From positions 1-64,000 of IMG/VR virus record IMGVR_UViG_3300033143_004671: a stretch of 64,000 nucleotides of DNA. One strand, written 5' to 3'. The DNA comes from a virus. The stretch's first letter is position 1. The number at the start of each line of letters is the position of its first letter. This document shows, piece after piece, positions 1 to 8,399 of this stretch. Made by a program: the position numbers and the translations under genes. Below the pieces are notes generated by a model, which saw nothing but the letters and a program-made list of their open reading frames with translations, was not told where the DNA came from and did no database searches.

Positions 1-341
1 GCGGCATAAGCGGCATGGGCGGCGGCGTAGGCGGCATCGGCGGCGTTGACGGTGCAGGCGGCGGTATGGGTGGCGGCACGGGCGGCATCCCGCACGTCAT
101 CCAACGACACGCCCCGCTCGCCCCGAGCCCACGACTCTGTTGTCTCGATTGTCGATAGCGCCACGTCATCGGCTTTCGGCAGGTCTACCAACCTCAGCCG
201 GGCACACGCACACGCCGCCAGTACGAGTTTCCTTCTCGAACGGCTCTCGGGCGGGCCGCAGAGTCTGCCGAGAAGCCACAGCATGTGGTCACCGCGCTTG
301 CAATCGGCCCACGCTTGGTCAACCGTCTTTTGCTCGCTCAC
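1..341 (-). CDS. Imm5-like / Ala-rich repeat phage protein (3' end outside window)
   Basis: Manual translation from GTG at 341: MSEQKTVDQAWADCKRGDHMLWLL...ACACARLRL...IETTESWARG...AADAAYAAHAAYAA. The start overlaps the upstream stop (GTGA). Not in the ORF track. Confidence 0.6.
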   Translation of the reverse strand, partial: MSEQKTVDQAWADCKRGDHMLWLLGRLCGPPESRSRRKLVLAACACARLRLVDLPKADDVALSTIETTESWARGERGVSLDDVRDAARAATHTAACTVNAADAAYAAAHAAYA

Positions 342-478
342 CCACCGATTGAATCGTACCCCGCACACCACGCTTCGTACTCTTCGGGATTGTGTTCCTT
401 ATCATACGGTGGTATGTCATCGACATAATCCATAGCTGCATCGACACCCTCCATGAATGCTGCGTCATTCCGGTTCAT
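338..478 (-). CDS. 46-aa protein, Rmf/CrpP-like pattern
   Basis: Manual translation MNRNDAAFMEGVDAAMDYVDDIPPYDKEHNPEEYEAWCAGYDSIGG, with a GAAAGG RBS. Shows the AF.EG..A...PY......W..GY pattern. Confidence 0.5.
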   Translation of the reverse strand: MNRNDAAFMEGVDAAMDYVDDIPPYDKEHNPEEYEAWCAGYDSIGG

Positions 479-552
479 GTTTTACCTTTCGTCTCTCCGC
501 CCATTCTCACACCTTCTTCCTGTCCCTGTCAATCCATTATACCTACTCACTC

Positions 553-638
553 AAAATCGTTTCTAAGGGATTTTCTCGTGGACCTGTACGTTGATACGTT
601 TATCGTGAGATCGTACGGGAGAAACGATCCTCGTACGT
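553..638. repeat. Dispersed intergenic element, copy A
   Basis: 605-638 is a 34-bp exact inverted match to 45595-45628. Confidence 0.8.
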
Positions 639-650
639 TCTACGTACGTT

Positions 651-1283
651 CTACGTGCTCTCGTCCTGTTGGAACTCTTCCAAATCATCCTGCCACTCTT
701 CCTCGTCGGATTCCGAGGCCGCCGTCAACAATGGAGGATCGTCTTCCACCTCCGTTGCATCGACTTCGATAATTGGTTGATCGTCTCGTCTCGCACCGGG
801 CAAGGGAGGGGCGTCGGTAGCCATGATGATATTCACCGCTTGACCTTTACTGCCTTGGGCCGCCTCTTTGGCCATGGCCTCGGCCTGTATGCGTATCGCC
901 TCCAGTTCAGAGTTCGTATACGAGGCACGGGAGGGAGGTATCATCTTATCCAACATAGGCAGGAACTTCTGAATGAACAGATCGGCATTGGCTTTGTCTT
1001 GAGACATCCACTTGGCCAACGCCTTGCCCATGCTATCCTCTTTTTTTGGATCGAGACCGAACTTGACACAAATGGCCATGCGGAAGTCCTTGTACAGTTC
1101 CTTAACCATCGTACGCTCGATGGGTCCTGTTGGTCCTATCTTGCCTGGTGGCCTCCCTCTCTTCTTCTTGGGTGGAGAGAGGCTATTGGGATTTTTGACG
1201 GGCTTTATGTCTATATCCTCGTAGGGACGTTTTTTGGTAGGAACGAATCGTCGTTTCCTCACAGTCTTCTTCTTCTTATTCAT
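651..1283 (-). CDS. Probable terminase small subunit / DNA-packaging protein
   Basis: Basic N-terminus with KRGRPPG, a helical core ending FLPMLDKMIP and an acidic tail. Same strand as the structural genes. Confidence 0.45.
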   Translation of the reverse strand: MNKKKKTVRKRRFVPTKKRPYEDIDIKPVKNPNSLSPPKKKRGRPPGKIGPTGPIERTMVKELYKDFRMAICVKFGLDPKKEDSMGKALAKWMSQDKANADLFIQKFLPMLDKMIPPSRASYTNSELEAIRIQAEAMAKEAAQGSKGQAVNIIMATDAPPLPGARRDDQPIIEVDATEVEDDPPLLTAASESDEEEWQDDLEEFQQDEST

Positions 1284-1306
1284 GTCACCTTCCAAGGTAG
1301 TTTTCT

Positions 1307-1370
1307 CGACGCCACGTAGCGAAGCGGAGTGGCGTCGCAGTCGTTGCCGAAGGCGAAGCCGAAGGCAACG
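1307..1370. other. Twin GAA-capped hairpins beside the origin
   Basis: CGACGCCAC/GTGGCGTCG stem enclosing GCGAAGC, and CGTTGCC/GGCAACG stem enclosing GGCGAAGCC. Confidence 0.6.
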
Positions 1371-1380
1371 CCGTGGAACA

Positions 1381-1592
1381 TGTTTGATTTTGTTTTGGTT
1401 TCATTGTAAAGTTCGAGTGAGTTTTTGTTCATTATTTCAACGATCTACGTCTACGTTTATGTCTACATCTATGTCTATATGGTTGTTTTGTTTTGGTCGT
1501 GTTTTGGTTTTACTCTTTGTTTTGTTTTGGTTTTGCATTTTGTTTTGTTTTGGTCGTGTTTTGGTTTCAATTGTTTTGGTCGTGTTTTGTTC
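1381..1592. repeat. Iteron-like repeats, putative replication origin
   Basis: TTTTGGTCGTGTTTTG at 1491, 1548 and 1574 inside a strongly T-skewed tract at the 3' end of the initiator gene. Confidence 0.65.
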
Positions 1593-2118
1593 CACTTCCT
1601 CTTCCATCTATTTTCCTACGAAAACTATCCGAACGGTGATCTCCTCCTCGGGTATCCGGTCTGTCCAAAATAGCGAAGAAGTCATCTTGGTTTCGGCACC
1701 CGCAGGATTCTGCATACTTGTCTAACACGTCCTCCTCCAATGCTCTTATATTTTTCAGCACCCAGTTCACAATCCTCTTGGTGACTGTCGCCCTGCTTCC
1801 TTCGTCCTTATGTTTACTCCCCCCTTGCCAATCTCGCCAATCCATCAAGACAATGTTCCTGCCTCTCCGGTATATCCTACCCGCCACTTGCAGGTCGTCG
1901 AGTATGCCTGGTACGTCTGTCCTCTTGATCGATAGAGTATCGGAAATATCGTCCATCGAGATCCGAACCAACCCATCCCTGGAGTTTGGCGTTAGATACA
2001 AGTACAACAGAACGTACTTGCACCATGGATCGTCGAGTTCCCTGAACAGCTTGTCTTCGGTCATCAAATGATCTACCATCGAAAACCGTCTCGCGTACTG
2101 TCCGTCTTTCTTGGCCAT
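1567..2118 (-). CDS. Phage replication initiator, N-terminal winged-helix (DnaD/O-like) domain
   Basis: D..FREL....KYVLLYLYLTPN..G...IS..DIS..L.I....V..IL..L...GRI...I.L.DW..WQ pattern, adjacent to iterons. Confidence 0.65.
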   Translation of the reverse strand: MAKKDGQYARRFSMVDHLMTEDKLFRELDDPWCKYVLLYLYLTPNSRDGLVRISMDDISDTLSIKRTDVPGILDDLQVAGRIYRRGRNIVLMDWRDWQGGSKHKDEGSRATVTKRIVNWVLKNIRALEEDVLDKYAESCGCRNQDDFFAILDRPDTRGGDHRSDSFRRKIDGRGSGTKHDQNN

Positions 2119-2258
2119 GTGTCACACTCCTGTTTCGTGTGCAAAGGCAGTAGCGAAAGGCGGTGAAACAGGCACCGCCCTCGCCACCTCTGCTGTTGCA
2201 GAATGTCCTTGGCCGAGGACACGCCATATTTTCTTTTCTCTTGCATCTATCGAAGGTT

Positions 2259-2471
2259 CTACTCTTTAAGTATAACATGCCGTCGCCGACGTGTCGGTAG
2301 TTTTCTCCGTCTGCGGGTCGATTCGACATACGCCCTCACCATAGCCCAATCGACATGTGTCCATCTCTTCCATCCCTGACGTTCGGATTGCCTGAGTAGA
2401 GACCAGGCCCTTTCCTTACCGTAAGACATGATTCGCCGGGCGTTCCGTTCCTGTGTTTTTCTCGTAATCAT
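2259..2471 (-). CDS. Small basic hypothetical protein
   Basis: 70-aa ORF starting 8 nt after a minus-strand TATAAT (2480-2485). Confidence 0.5.
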   Translation of the reverse strand: MITRKTQERNARRIMSYGKERAWSLLRQSERQGWKRWTHVDWAMVRAYVESTRRRRKLPTRRRRHVILKE

Positions 2472-2479
2472 TGTAATTC

Positions 2480-2540
2480 ATTATACAACGCGAAAGATTT
2501 TTGCCTCTCCGGGTTTTAGTTTCAGGGAGCAGAGTATAAT
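2480..2540. promoter_or_regulatory. Divergent promoter pair (-10 boxes)
   Basis: TATAAT on the minus strand at 2480-2485 and on the plus strand at 2535-2540, at the strand switch. Confidence 0.6.
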
Positions 2541-2582
2541 GGACTGACGGGGCAGGAAGAAACAGACGAAAGGAAGAAGCGG

Positions 2583-2960
2583 ATGACCGACGAGAAACAA
2601 GAAAGTGTGACAACGCCGTGGCTGAAAAACTGTACCACTAGTGGGGTATGGTCGTCGAGAGACCGGTACCTATACCTATGCAAAAATGAGATGGAGAAGA
2701 TTTTTCATATTCCTGCCACAGCAACTCATATCATGGTAAGGGCATCGGTAGACAAGCCGGCGTCTAAACAGGCTGTCGAGATACTAGTCAAAAAATATGC
2801 GGGTGGGGGACGCGGGTTTTATAGGACGAGTCCCTTATCCGGTTTTTCTCCCTGTTATGGTGGGTTGACTCACGATCAGCAAGAGATGCTCGAACAGATC
2901 ACAACCATTACCGTCAAACCTAAGACAATCTGGCTCCAGTGCTGGTACAAGGAAGACTAG
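2583..2960 (+). CDS. Hypothetical protein, paralog of 3773-4159
   Basis: Shares F.IP..ATHIM..AS..KP and TIW.QCWYKE with 3773-4159. Confidence 0.75.
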   Translation: MTDEKQESVTTPWLKNCTTSGVWSSRDRYLYLCKNEMEKIFHIPATATHIMVRASVDKPASKQAVEILVKKYAGGGRGFYRTSPLSGFSPCYGGLTHDQQEMLEQITTITVKPKTIWLQCWYKED

Positions 2961-2978
2961 CCGCCGTGAATCGCCGCC

Positions 2979-3761
2979 ATGCTAGAGATCAATGTACGAC
3001 TGTCAAACTCTCAATGGAAGCAACTGATGAATAAAGAGACACTGTCCATCATCCTGCTCCCGCCTATCACGAGGAAGGAGAAGGAGATTAAGGAGAGGAT
3101 CGAGGGCGGTCCTACTCCCGTGGTAGTGATGCAGGTTGTCGATGCATGGAACGAGCACGAGTACATCAGGTTCGGAGCCCTGCACGAGCGCAGGAACAAT
3201 CCTATCGAGATGGATGACGTGGACGAACAAAGAGCCAGAATCCTGTATGCGGTAAACGTGGTAGGGCGGGATGAACTGCTCGACCAGATGGCGGCCTATC
3301 TGACGGCGTGCAGTGAGGGGCTGCATATCAGGGACCGCAAGAACTTTGGCTTCAAAAACCTGACGGGATTCATCAACAAAATGATCCACTGGCAGAAGGA
3401 CAAGAAGAAAACCCCATTATGGTGGTCGAGGGGATCCGTGGAGAAAGTAGAGGACAACCATCCGAAATTGACCCTGCATATCGCCGATCAGTACGCCAAG
3501 ATATTCTTAGGCAGGAAGAAGTATGGGGTGAAGAATCCATCCATCGCCTACAGGCATTTCAAGCTGGCCGGTGACAGGATCATCAAATACTACGACAGTG
3601 TGGACCTGTGGGAAATCAATGAGATCGTCCACATGCTACTCAAGTGCATCAAGTCACACTGCAACAAAACGAACGGCACGCCGAGTGCGGCCAGGTTGTG
3701 TTCCGACCATACGTGGGCCGAGATATTCCCACGGTACATCAAAAGGATACTGGACAAATAG
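2979..3761 (+). CDS. Hypothetical protein, possible initiator C-terminal-like domain
   Basis: 260-aa ORF. VVDAWN...RARI..AV...G.DEL...Y...L..FI pattern. Confidence 0.6.
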   Translation: MLEINVRLSNSQWKQLMNKETLSIILLPPITRKEKEIKERIEGGPTPVVVMQVVDAWNEHEYIRFGALHERRNNPIEMDDVDEQRARILYAVNVVGRDELLDQMAAYLTACSEGLHIRDRKNFGFKNLTGFINKMIHWQKDKKKTPLWWSRGSVEKVEDNHPKLTLHIADQYAKIFLGRKKYGVKNPSIAYRHFKLAGDRIIKYYDSVDLWEINEIVHMLLKCIKSHCNKTNGTPSAARLCSDHTWAEIFPRYIKRILDK

Positions 3762-3772
3762 GGAAGAGAACA

Positions 3773-4159
3773 ATGACCAAGAAAAGCCACACGACCGGAT
3801 GGATGAAGAAGAATGACGAGTGCTTTTATGGGAACCTCGGCGGTGAAGACGTATGCACTAGCGGAATACGCAGATTCTTCGATATACCGAAGCACGCCAC
3901 CCATATTATGCTGAAGGCTTCGACGATAAAACCAAAAGCGGTAAACGCCGTTGCCTTCGATGTTCGTCGGACACGTTCTTATCGCCAGTGGGGGGGAGAT
4001 GTCTGGACATCCTCATATCAATATCGGGCACATGGAAGTAGGGGTATGTTCATTCTCCTTGGGGAGATTGGCACGATCCTGCCTAAAATATTAGGTGGGA
4101 TGGTACCCGATATGACATACACGATCTGGGTCCAATGTTGGTACAAGGAGGAAGAGTAA
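3773..4159 (+). CDS. Hypothetical protein, paralog of 2583-2960
   Basis: Shared motifs as above. ATG at 3773 follows a purine-rich RBS. Confidence 0.75.
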   Translation: MTKKSHTTGWMKKNDECFYGNLGGEDVCTSGIRRFFDIPKHATHIMLKASTIKPKAVNAVAFDVRRTRSYRQWGGDVWTSSYQYRAHGSRGMFILLGEIGTILPKILGGMVPDMTYTIWVQCWYKEEE

Positions 4160-4839
4160 TGCAAGGCACGCTGAAGGTCATCTCGATATTCAAATCCATC
4201 GACGGTGAGATCAACGGCTTTAATGGAGCCGGTCAGGTCACTACGTTCGTCCGACTGGCGGGTTGCAACCTGAGATGTTCCTACTGTGATACGAGATATG
4301 CATGGGATCCTGCTTTCAATGGTTTCAAGGAACCAATGGAGATGACTATCGAAGAGATCGTAGAGCAGATCGAGACACCCCACGTCACGATTACTGGTGG
4401 TGAGCCTTTATTGCAATCCATGGTGACTCCTCTTTTGCTTAGGCTCAGTAATGATGAAAGGAGAGTCACTGTCGAGACAAACGGAACCTTTCATCCGTCG
4501 ATAATGAACTACCTTATTCGGTACGTGGTAGACTATAAGATTGAACGGCTCTCGGGCAACTATGCCGCAACCTTCCGTACTGTCCTGATGGGCCTGCGTG
4601 CTATCGATGTAGTCAAGATAGTTGTCAGGGACGAGGACGAGTTTCATCTCGCCAAAGATAACCTCGACGGGTATACAAAAAGGTTTGCCAAATCGGCCCC
4701 TCGCCGTGCCTACTCACCATTGTATGGTGTGATGGACCCCGCCGAACTGGCAGAACTGGTCATCGAGCACGACCCGGAGGCGTCGATCAGCCTCCAACTG
4801 CACAAAATAATCTGGCCCAATGCGGACCAGGAACGATAG
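4159..4839 (+). CDS. queE: 7-carboxy-7-deazaguanine synthase (radical SAM)
   Basis: IFKSIDGE, FVRLAGCNLRCSYCDT, ITGGEPLLQ, VETNG, SLQLHKIIW. Confidence 0.9.
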   Translation: MQGTLKVISIFKSIDGEINGFNGAGQVTTFVRLAGCNLRCSYCDTRYAWDPAFNGFKEPMEMTIEEIVEQIETPHVTITGGEPLLQSMVTPLLLRLSNDERRVTVETNGTFHPSIMNYLIRYVVDYKIERLSGNYAATFRTVLMGLRAIDVVKIVVRDEDEFHLAKDNLDGYTKRFAKSAPRRAYSPLYGVMDPAELAELVIEHDPEASISLQLHKIIWPNADQER

Positions 4840-4876
4840 AAGCCAGGTATAATGAACTAACACGAAAGGAAAAACC

Positions 4877-5665
4877 ATGGCTAAGAAGTACACGAAAGAG
4901 GAAGCGTTGGGTATTTGTGAAGGATTTGGTGTGGATGAAGAGGGCAATCCAGGTATCGATATAAGCAGTGCGTCATGCCAATACTGCGAGGAGAATGACC
5001 CCGATTTGTACGCCCAGTGCAGAGAAGAATGCTTCCCCGAAGAGGAGAAACCCAAACCCAGGAAGTCCCGCAAGAAGGCGAGCAGGAAGACCAAGACTGA
5101 ACCAGAACCAGAAGCAGAAGAGCAAAAGGAGCCCGACATGTCCGAACCCAAACCCAAGCGTCAGAAGAAATCCCGTAAGAAGGCTTCGCGTAAGCCGAAG
5201 GCCGACAAGCCTGAGATCCCCATCGGCATGGAACAGTGCACCGCCTGCGAAGGTTCGGGCAAGAACAGCAAGGGAGCGAAGTGCCCTATCTGCAAGGGGA
5301 AGGGATACGTACCGGTGGCGAAAGAGAGCACCGAGAAGGGTGAGAAAGCACGAGGATCGTCCGAGAGCGATTCCAAAGGAAAAAACAGGGCGACACCCGC
5401 TAAGAAGAAGAAAGCCCCGGAGAAGCCCGCCAAGAAGGCCAAAGCAGACAAGCCGAAGAGGAAACCGAAACGGCTGGACGTGCTGATCGAACTCGTCAAC
5501 AGGGGTAAGGCCAGGACGATTGACCAGTATGCCGAGGAAGTGGCGAAGAAGGTCCCTCAAGATGCAAAAGCCGTGACTGGATTGATCAAGCAATGCTTCC
5601 GATTCGCTGTCGGCATCGGCCTCGCGGCAAAGGACGAGAAAGGCAAATACACCTTCAATGAATAA
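4877..5665 (+). CDS. Lys/Pro-rich DNA-binding protein with DnaJ-type zinc finger
   Basis: CTACEGSG and CPICKGKG, histone-H1-like PAKK tracts. TATAAT at 4848 and GAAAGGA RBS. Confidence 0.7.
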   Translation: MAKKYTKEEALGICEGFGVDEEGNPGIDISSASCQYCEENDPDLYAQCREECFPEEEKPKPRKSRKKASRKTKTEPEPEAEEQKEPDMSEPKPKRQKKSRKKASRKPKADKPEIPIGMEQCTACEGSGKNSKGAKCPICKGKGYVPVAKESTEKGEKARGSSESDSKGKNRATPAKKKKAPEKPAKKAKADKPKRKPKRLDVLIELVNRGKARTIDQYAEEVAKKVPQDAKAVTGLIKQCFRFAVGIGLAAKDEKGKYTFNE

Positions 5666-6320
5666 AATCTTCCTGGAAGATTGTCGCGATACACTGGACA
5701 GGGATTTGGATTATGACTATGTGTTTATGGTGCCCCCTGATTTTGCAGAACTAGGGCTGGACCCAAAGAAACAAGTCGATGAATATGTTAGGTTCCTCGT
5801 ATCGGTATTCAGCAGAATCGAGCCTTCATCGGGATTCGTCACTATCGGTATGACCGATAGGAAGGCAGGTGGCGTGATAGTCCCCAAGCATACGCTCGTG
5901 ATAGATATGCTTGGGGACTTGGGCTATCGGTATGTTTCGCAAAAGATATGGTGCAAATCTTATAAGATCAATCTGTTCAGGTTGAACTATTCATTCGTAA
6001 TGACATTCTGTTCCAAGAGGAAGGGCAGCAATGGGAATGGCTGCAAACCATACAAAGAAGATGTGTGGAATGCCCACGTTTACAGACACCAAGGATTCAA
6101 TTATGCAATCGCATTGAATGTAGTGAAGCGGTGCATAATGAATTTTACAGGTGAAGGACAAGTCGTGTACGACCCATTCATGGGATCAGGTACGACAGCG
6201 ATTGCCTGCTTGGAGACTGGTAGGCGATATATCGGCAGCGAGGTAAGTAGTGAACATCATGCGATTGCGAAAGACAGGATAAGACGATACAAAAAAGAGA
6301 AAAGCGGAAGGATGTTTTGA
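5658..6320 (+). CDS. DNA amino-methyltransferase (N6/N4 family), atypical catalytic motif
   Basis: VVYDPFMGSGTTAIAC SAM motif. VPPDF sits where D/SPPY is expected. Confidence 0.8.
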   Translation: MNKIFLEDCRDTLDRDLDYDYVFMVPPDFAELGLDPKKQVDEYVRFLVSVFSRIEPSSGFVTIGMTDRKAGGVIVPKHTLVIDMLGDLGYRYVSQKIWCKSYKINLFRLNYSFVMTFCSKRKGSNGNGCKPYKEDVWNAHVYRHQGFNYAIALNVVKRCIMNFTGEGQVVYDPFMGSGTTAIACLETGRRYIGSEVSSEHHAIAKDRIRRYKKEKSGRMF

Positions 6321-7250
6321 ATGGCAAAAACGGCGAAGGACATTAGAAAGTCCAGACGGGAACGAGAGAGGCTAAAAACAAAATGGGGTGGGCAGATTCC
6401 AGACACCGTGTGGGATGTTAATTACTCATTACACGGTGGGATTTATCGGTTAGGTAAAACTCAACAGAAAGTAGCAACAAAGAAACAACATGAACGCATA
6501 CTCAGTGAGGAAGTGGATCAAAACATAATGTATAAATGTTGCAACATGTGGGGTAGGAGCGTACGCGGCAAAGGTGGAGGATTGTCCGTCTTCCCCTACG
6601 ATGTTCTGCGTAGATCAATTCTGTTTTACACAGAAGAAGGAGACACGGTACTCGATCCTTGTGCAGGACACAACTCTAGGATGCAGGGTGTCTGGCAACT
6701 AGGACGGTCTTACATAGGCTACGATGTCTGTCATGAGTTTATGGAGTTCAATCGCAAGATCGCCAAGAAGATCCAAAAGCGAAGAACGGAAAGGGAGTTT
6801 TTCAAACGTGGTACAGGCACCATCACCCTGATCGAAGAATCATCCGAGTGTATGGAAGAGGTAGAAGACGAGTCGGTGGATTTCATACTGACCTCTCCTC
6901 CTTATTGGGATTTGGAATACTATGATGAGCATCCAGACCAATTAGGATTTGGTCATACATACGAAGAGTTCCTGGATGGTCTGGAACGTGTAGTGAAAGA
7001 ATGCTACCGTACATTGAAGCCGGGTAAGTTTTGTATATTCAACGTCAATGACTTCATCAAAGACGGTACCTTCTATACATACCACTCCGACCTCAAAGAT
7101 AGATTCTTGAAAACAGATTTTGTCTTGTGGGATACAATTATAATAAGGTGGCCGGGAGCATTCAAATCCATGTTTGCTTCTCAGTTGGGCAAAACGAAGA
7201 GACTAGGTAAGGCCCACGAGTACCTAATGGTATTCAAGAAACCGGAATAG
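6321..7250 (+). CDS. DNA amino-methyltransferase
   Basis: VLDPCAG motif I, then TSPPYW motif IV, LKPGK, HEYLMVFKK. Confidence 0.88.
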   Translation: MAKTAKDIRKSRRERERLKTKWGGQIPDTVWDVNYSLHGGIYRLGKTQQKVATKKQHERILSEEVDQNIMYKCCNMWGRSVRGKGGGLSVFPYDVLRRSILFYTEEGDTVLDPCAGHNSRMQGVWQLGRSYIGYDVCHEFMEFNRKIAKKIQKRRTEREFFKRGTGTITLIEESSECMEEVEDESVDFILTSPPYWDLEYYDEHPDQLGFGHTYEEFLDGLERVVKECYRTLKPGKFCIFNVNDFIKDGTFYTYHSDLKDRFLKTDFVLWDTIIIRWPGAFKSMFASQLGKTKRLGKAHEYLMVFKKPE

Positions 7251-7265
7251 AAAGGAACCTCCAAA

Positions 7266-8399
7266 ATGAAACGCAAGGAATTACTAGACGCAATCAGCAA
7301 GCTCTACCCCACGATCACTACCAACCCAATAGCCGAAGAGATGTCGTTTTTCAAGTTCGATGAAGGCTTCCTCTCCGCTTCCGATGGTATTACATGGATT
7401 AGGGTAAAGGCACCATCCGATATGAAATTGAACTGTCTCGTCCCGGCCCAAAAACTCTACAAATTGATCTCTTCAATGACCGCCGAAGAAGTCGATCTGT
7501 CTCTTAAAGAGACCTCCGACGAGGAAGGTGAACTCAAGATCAAAGCGGGCAAGTCAATAGCAACGTACAAGGTACCACTGGAAGGGGGGGTGCTGGACGA
7601 TTTAGATTTCGATGTGGATGGATGGTATGATGTACCGGAGGACATGATAGTAGGATTGAGAAAGACGAAGTTCGCCGCGTCCACGGACGCCTCCCGTGGC
7701 GTGTTGTGTGGCGTCTTACTGGACGATCAGGACATTATCGCCGCCGATGGCCAACGGATAGCTAGGTTCAGATCATCCGAAGCACTCACGGAGGATGGTG
7801 AGAGGATCGTACTCTCGATGAACCTGGTCAACCTGTTAGGAAACTATAAAGGGCTGAACGAATGGACTGTCGAGGATGACACAGCCTACTTCAGATCGGA
7901 GGATGGCACCATTATAGCGGGCAGGACGATAGATGGTGATTACCCAAATGCAAAAGAATGGCTATTACAGGCGAAAGATGCCGAAGGGTCGGTAGCTTTT
8001 CCCAAAGGAGCGGCCGAATCATTGAAGAGACACTTGGATCAGCAGATAGACGTGTCTCCAATGGACAAGGAAGTCCTTGTCACGTTTGGCGGTAAATCGT
8101 TAAAACTGGCCTCCACGGACGAGGAGCATTCGTATACACTAGACGAGACTTTGATGCTCGGCGAGAAGGTAGGACAGGAGATTGAGTTTGGAATCCATCC
8201 CGAGTTTCTATTAGACATCCTCGGCAGCACCACCACAATGAGATTCTCCACAAAGGAAGAGACGAAGTTCATCGTATTCGATGACAAATCGTTTACTTAT
8301 ATGGCAACGGTAGACACTGGCAACGAAGAAGAGGAAGAAGAGGAAGATAACGAGGACGAAGATAACAGGGAGGATTATGATGAAGAGGTAGAGGAATGA
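7266..8399 (+). CDS. dnaN: DNA sliding clamp (Pol III beta family)
   Basis: FAAS.D.SR.VL.GV, AADGQRIA, GRTIDGDYPN. Length fits the three-domain clamp. Confidence 0.85.
   Translation: MKRKELLDAISKLYPTITTNPIAEEMSFFKFDEGFLSASDGITWIRVKAPSDMKLNCLVPAQKLYKLISSMTAEEVDLSLKETSDEEGELKIKAGKSIATYKVPLEGGVLDDLDFDVDGWYDVPEDMIVGLRKTKFAASTDASRGVLCGVLLDDQDIIAADGQRIARFRSSEALTEDGERIVLSMNLVNLLGNYKGLNEWTVEDDTAYFRSEDGTIIAGRTIDGDYPNAKEWLLQAKDAEGSVAFPKGAAESLKRHLDQQIDVSPMDKEVLVTFGGKSLKLASTDEEHSYTLDETLMLGEKVGQEIEFGIHPEFLLDILGSTTTMRFSTKEETKFIVFDDKSFTYMATVDTGNEEEEEEEDNEDEDNREDYDEEVEE

Noticed and set aside
1234-1725. Plus-strand Phe/Val/Cys-rich ORFs (1234-1725, 1425-1673)
   Set aside because: Translation artefacts of the T-rich iteron tract.
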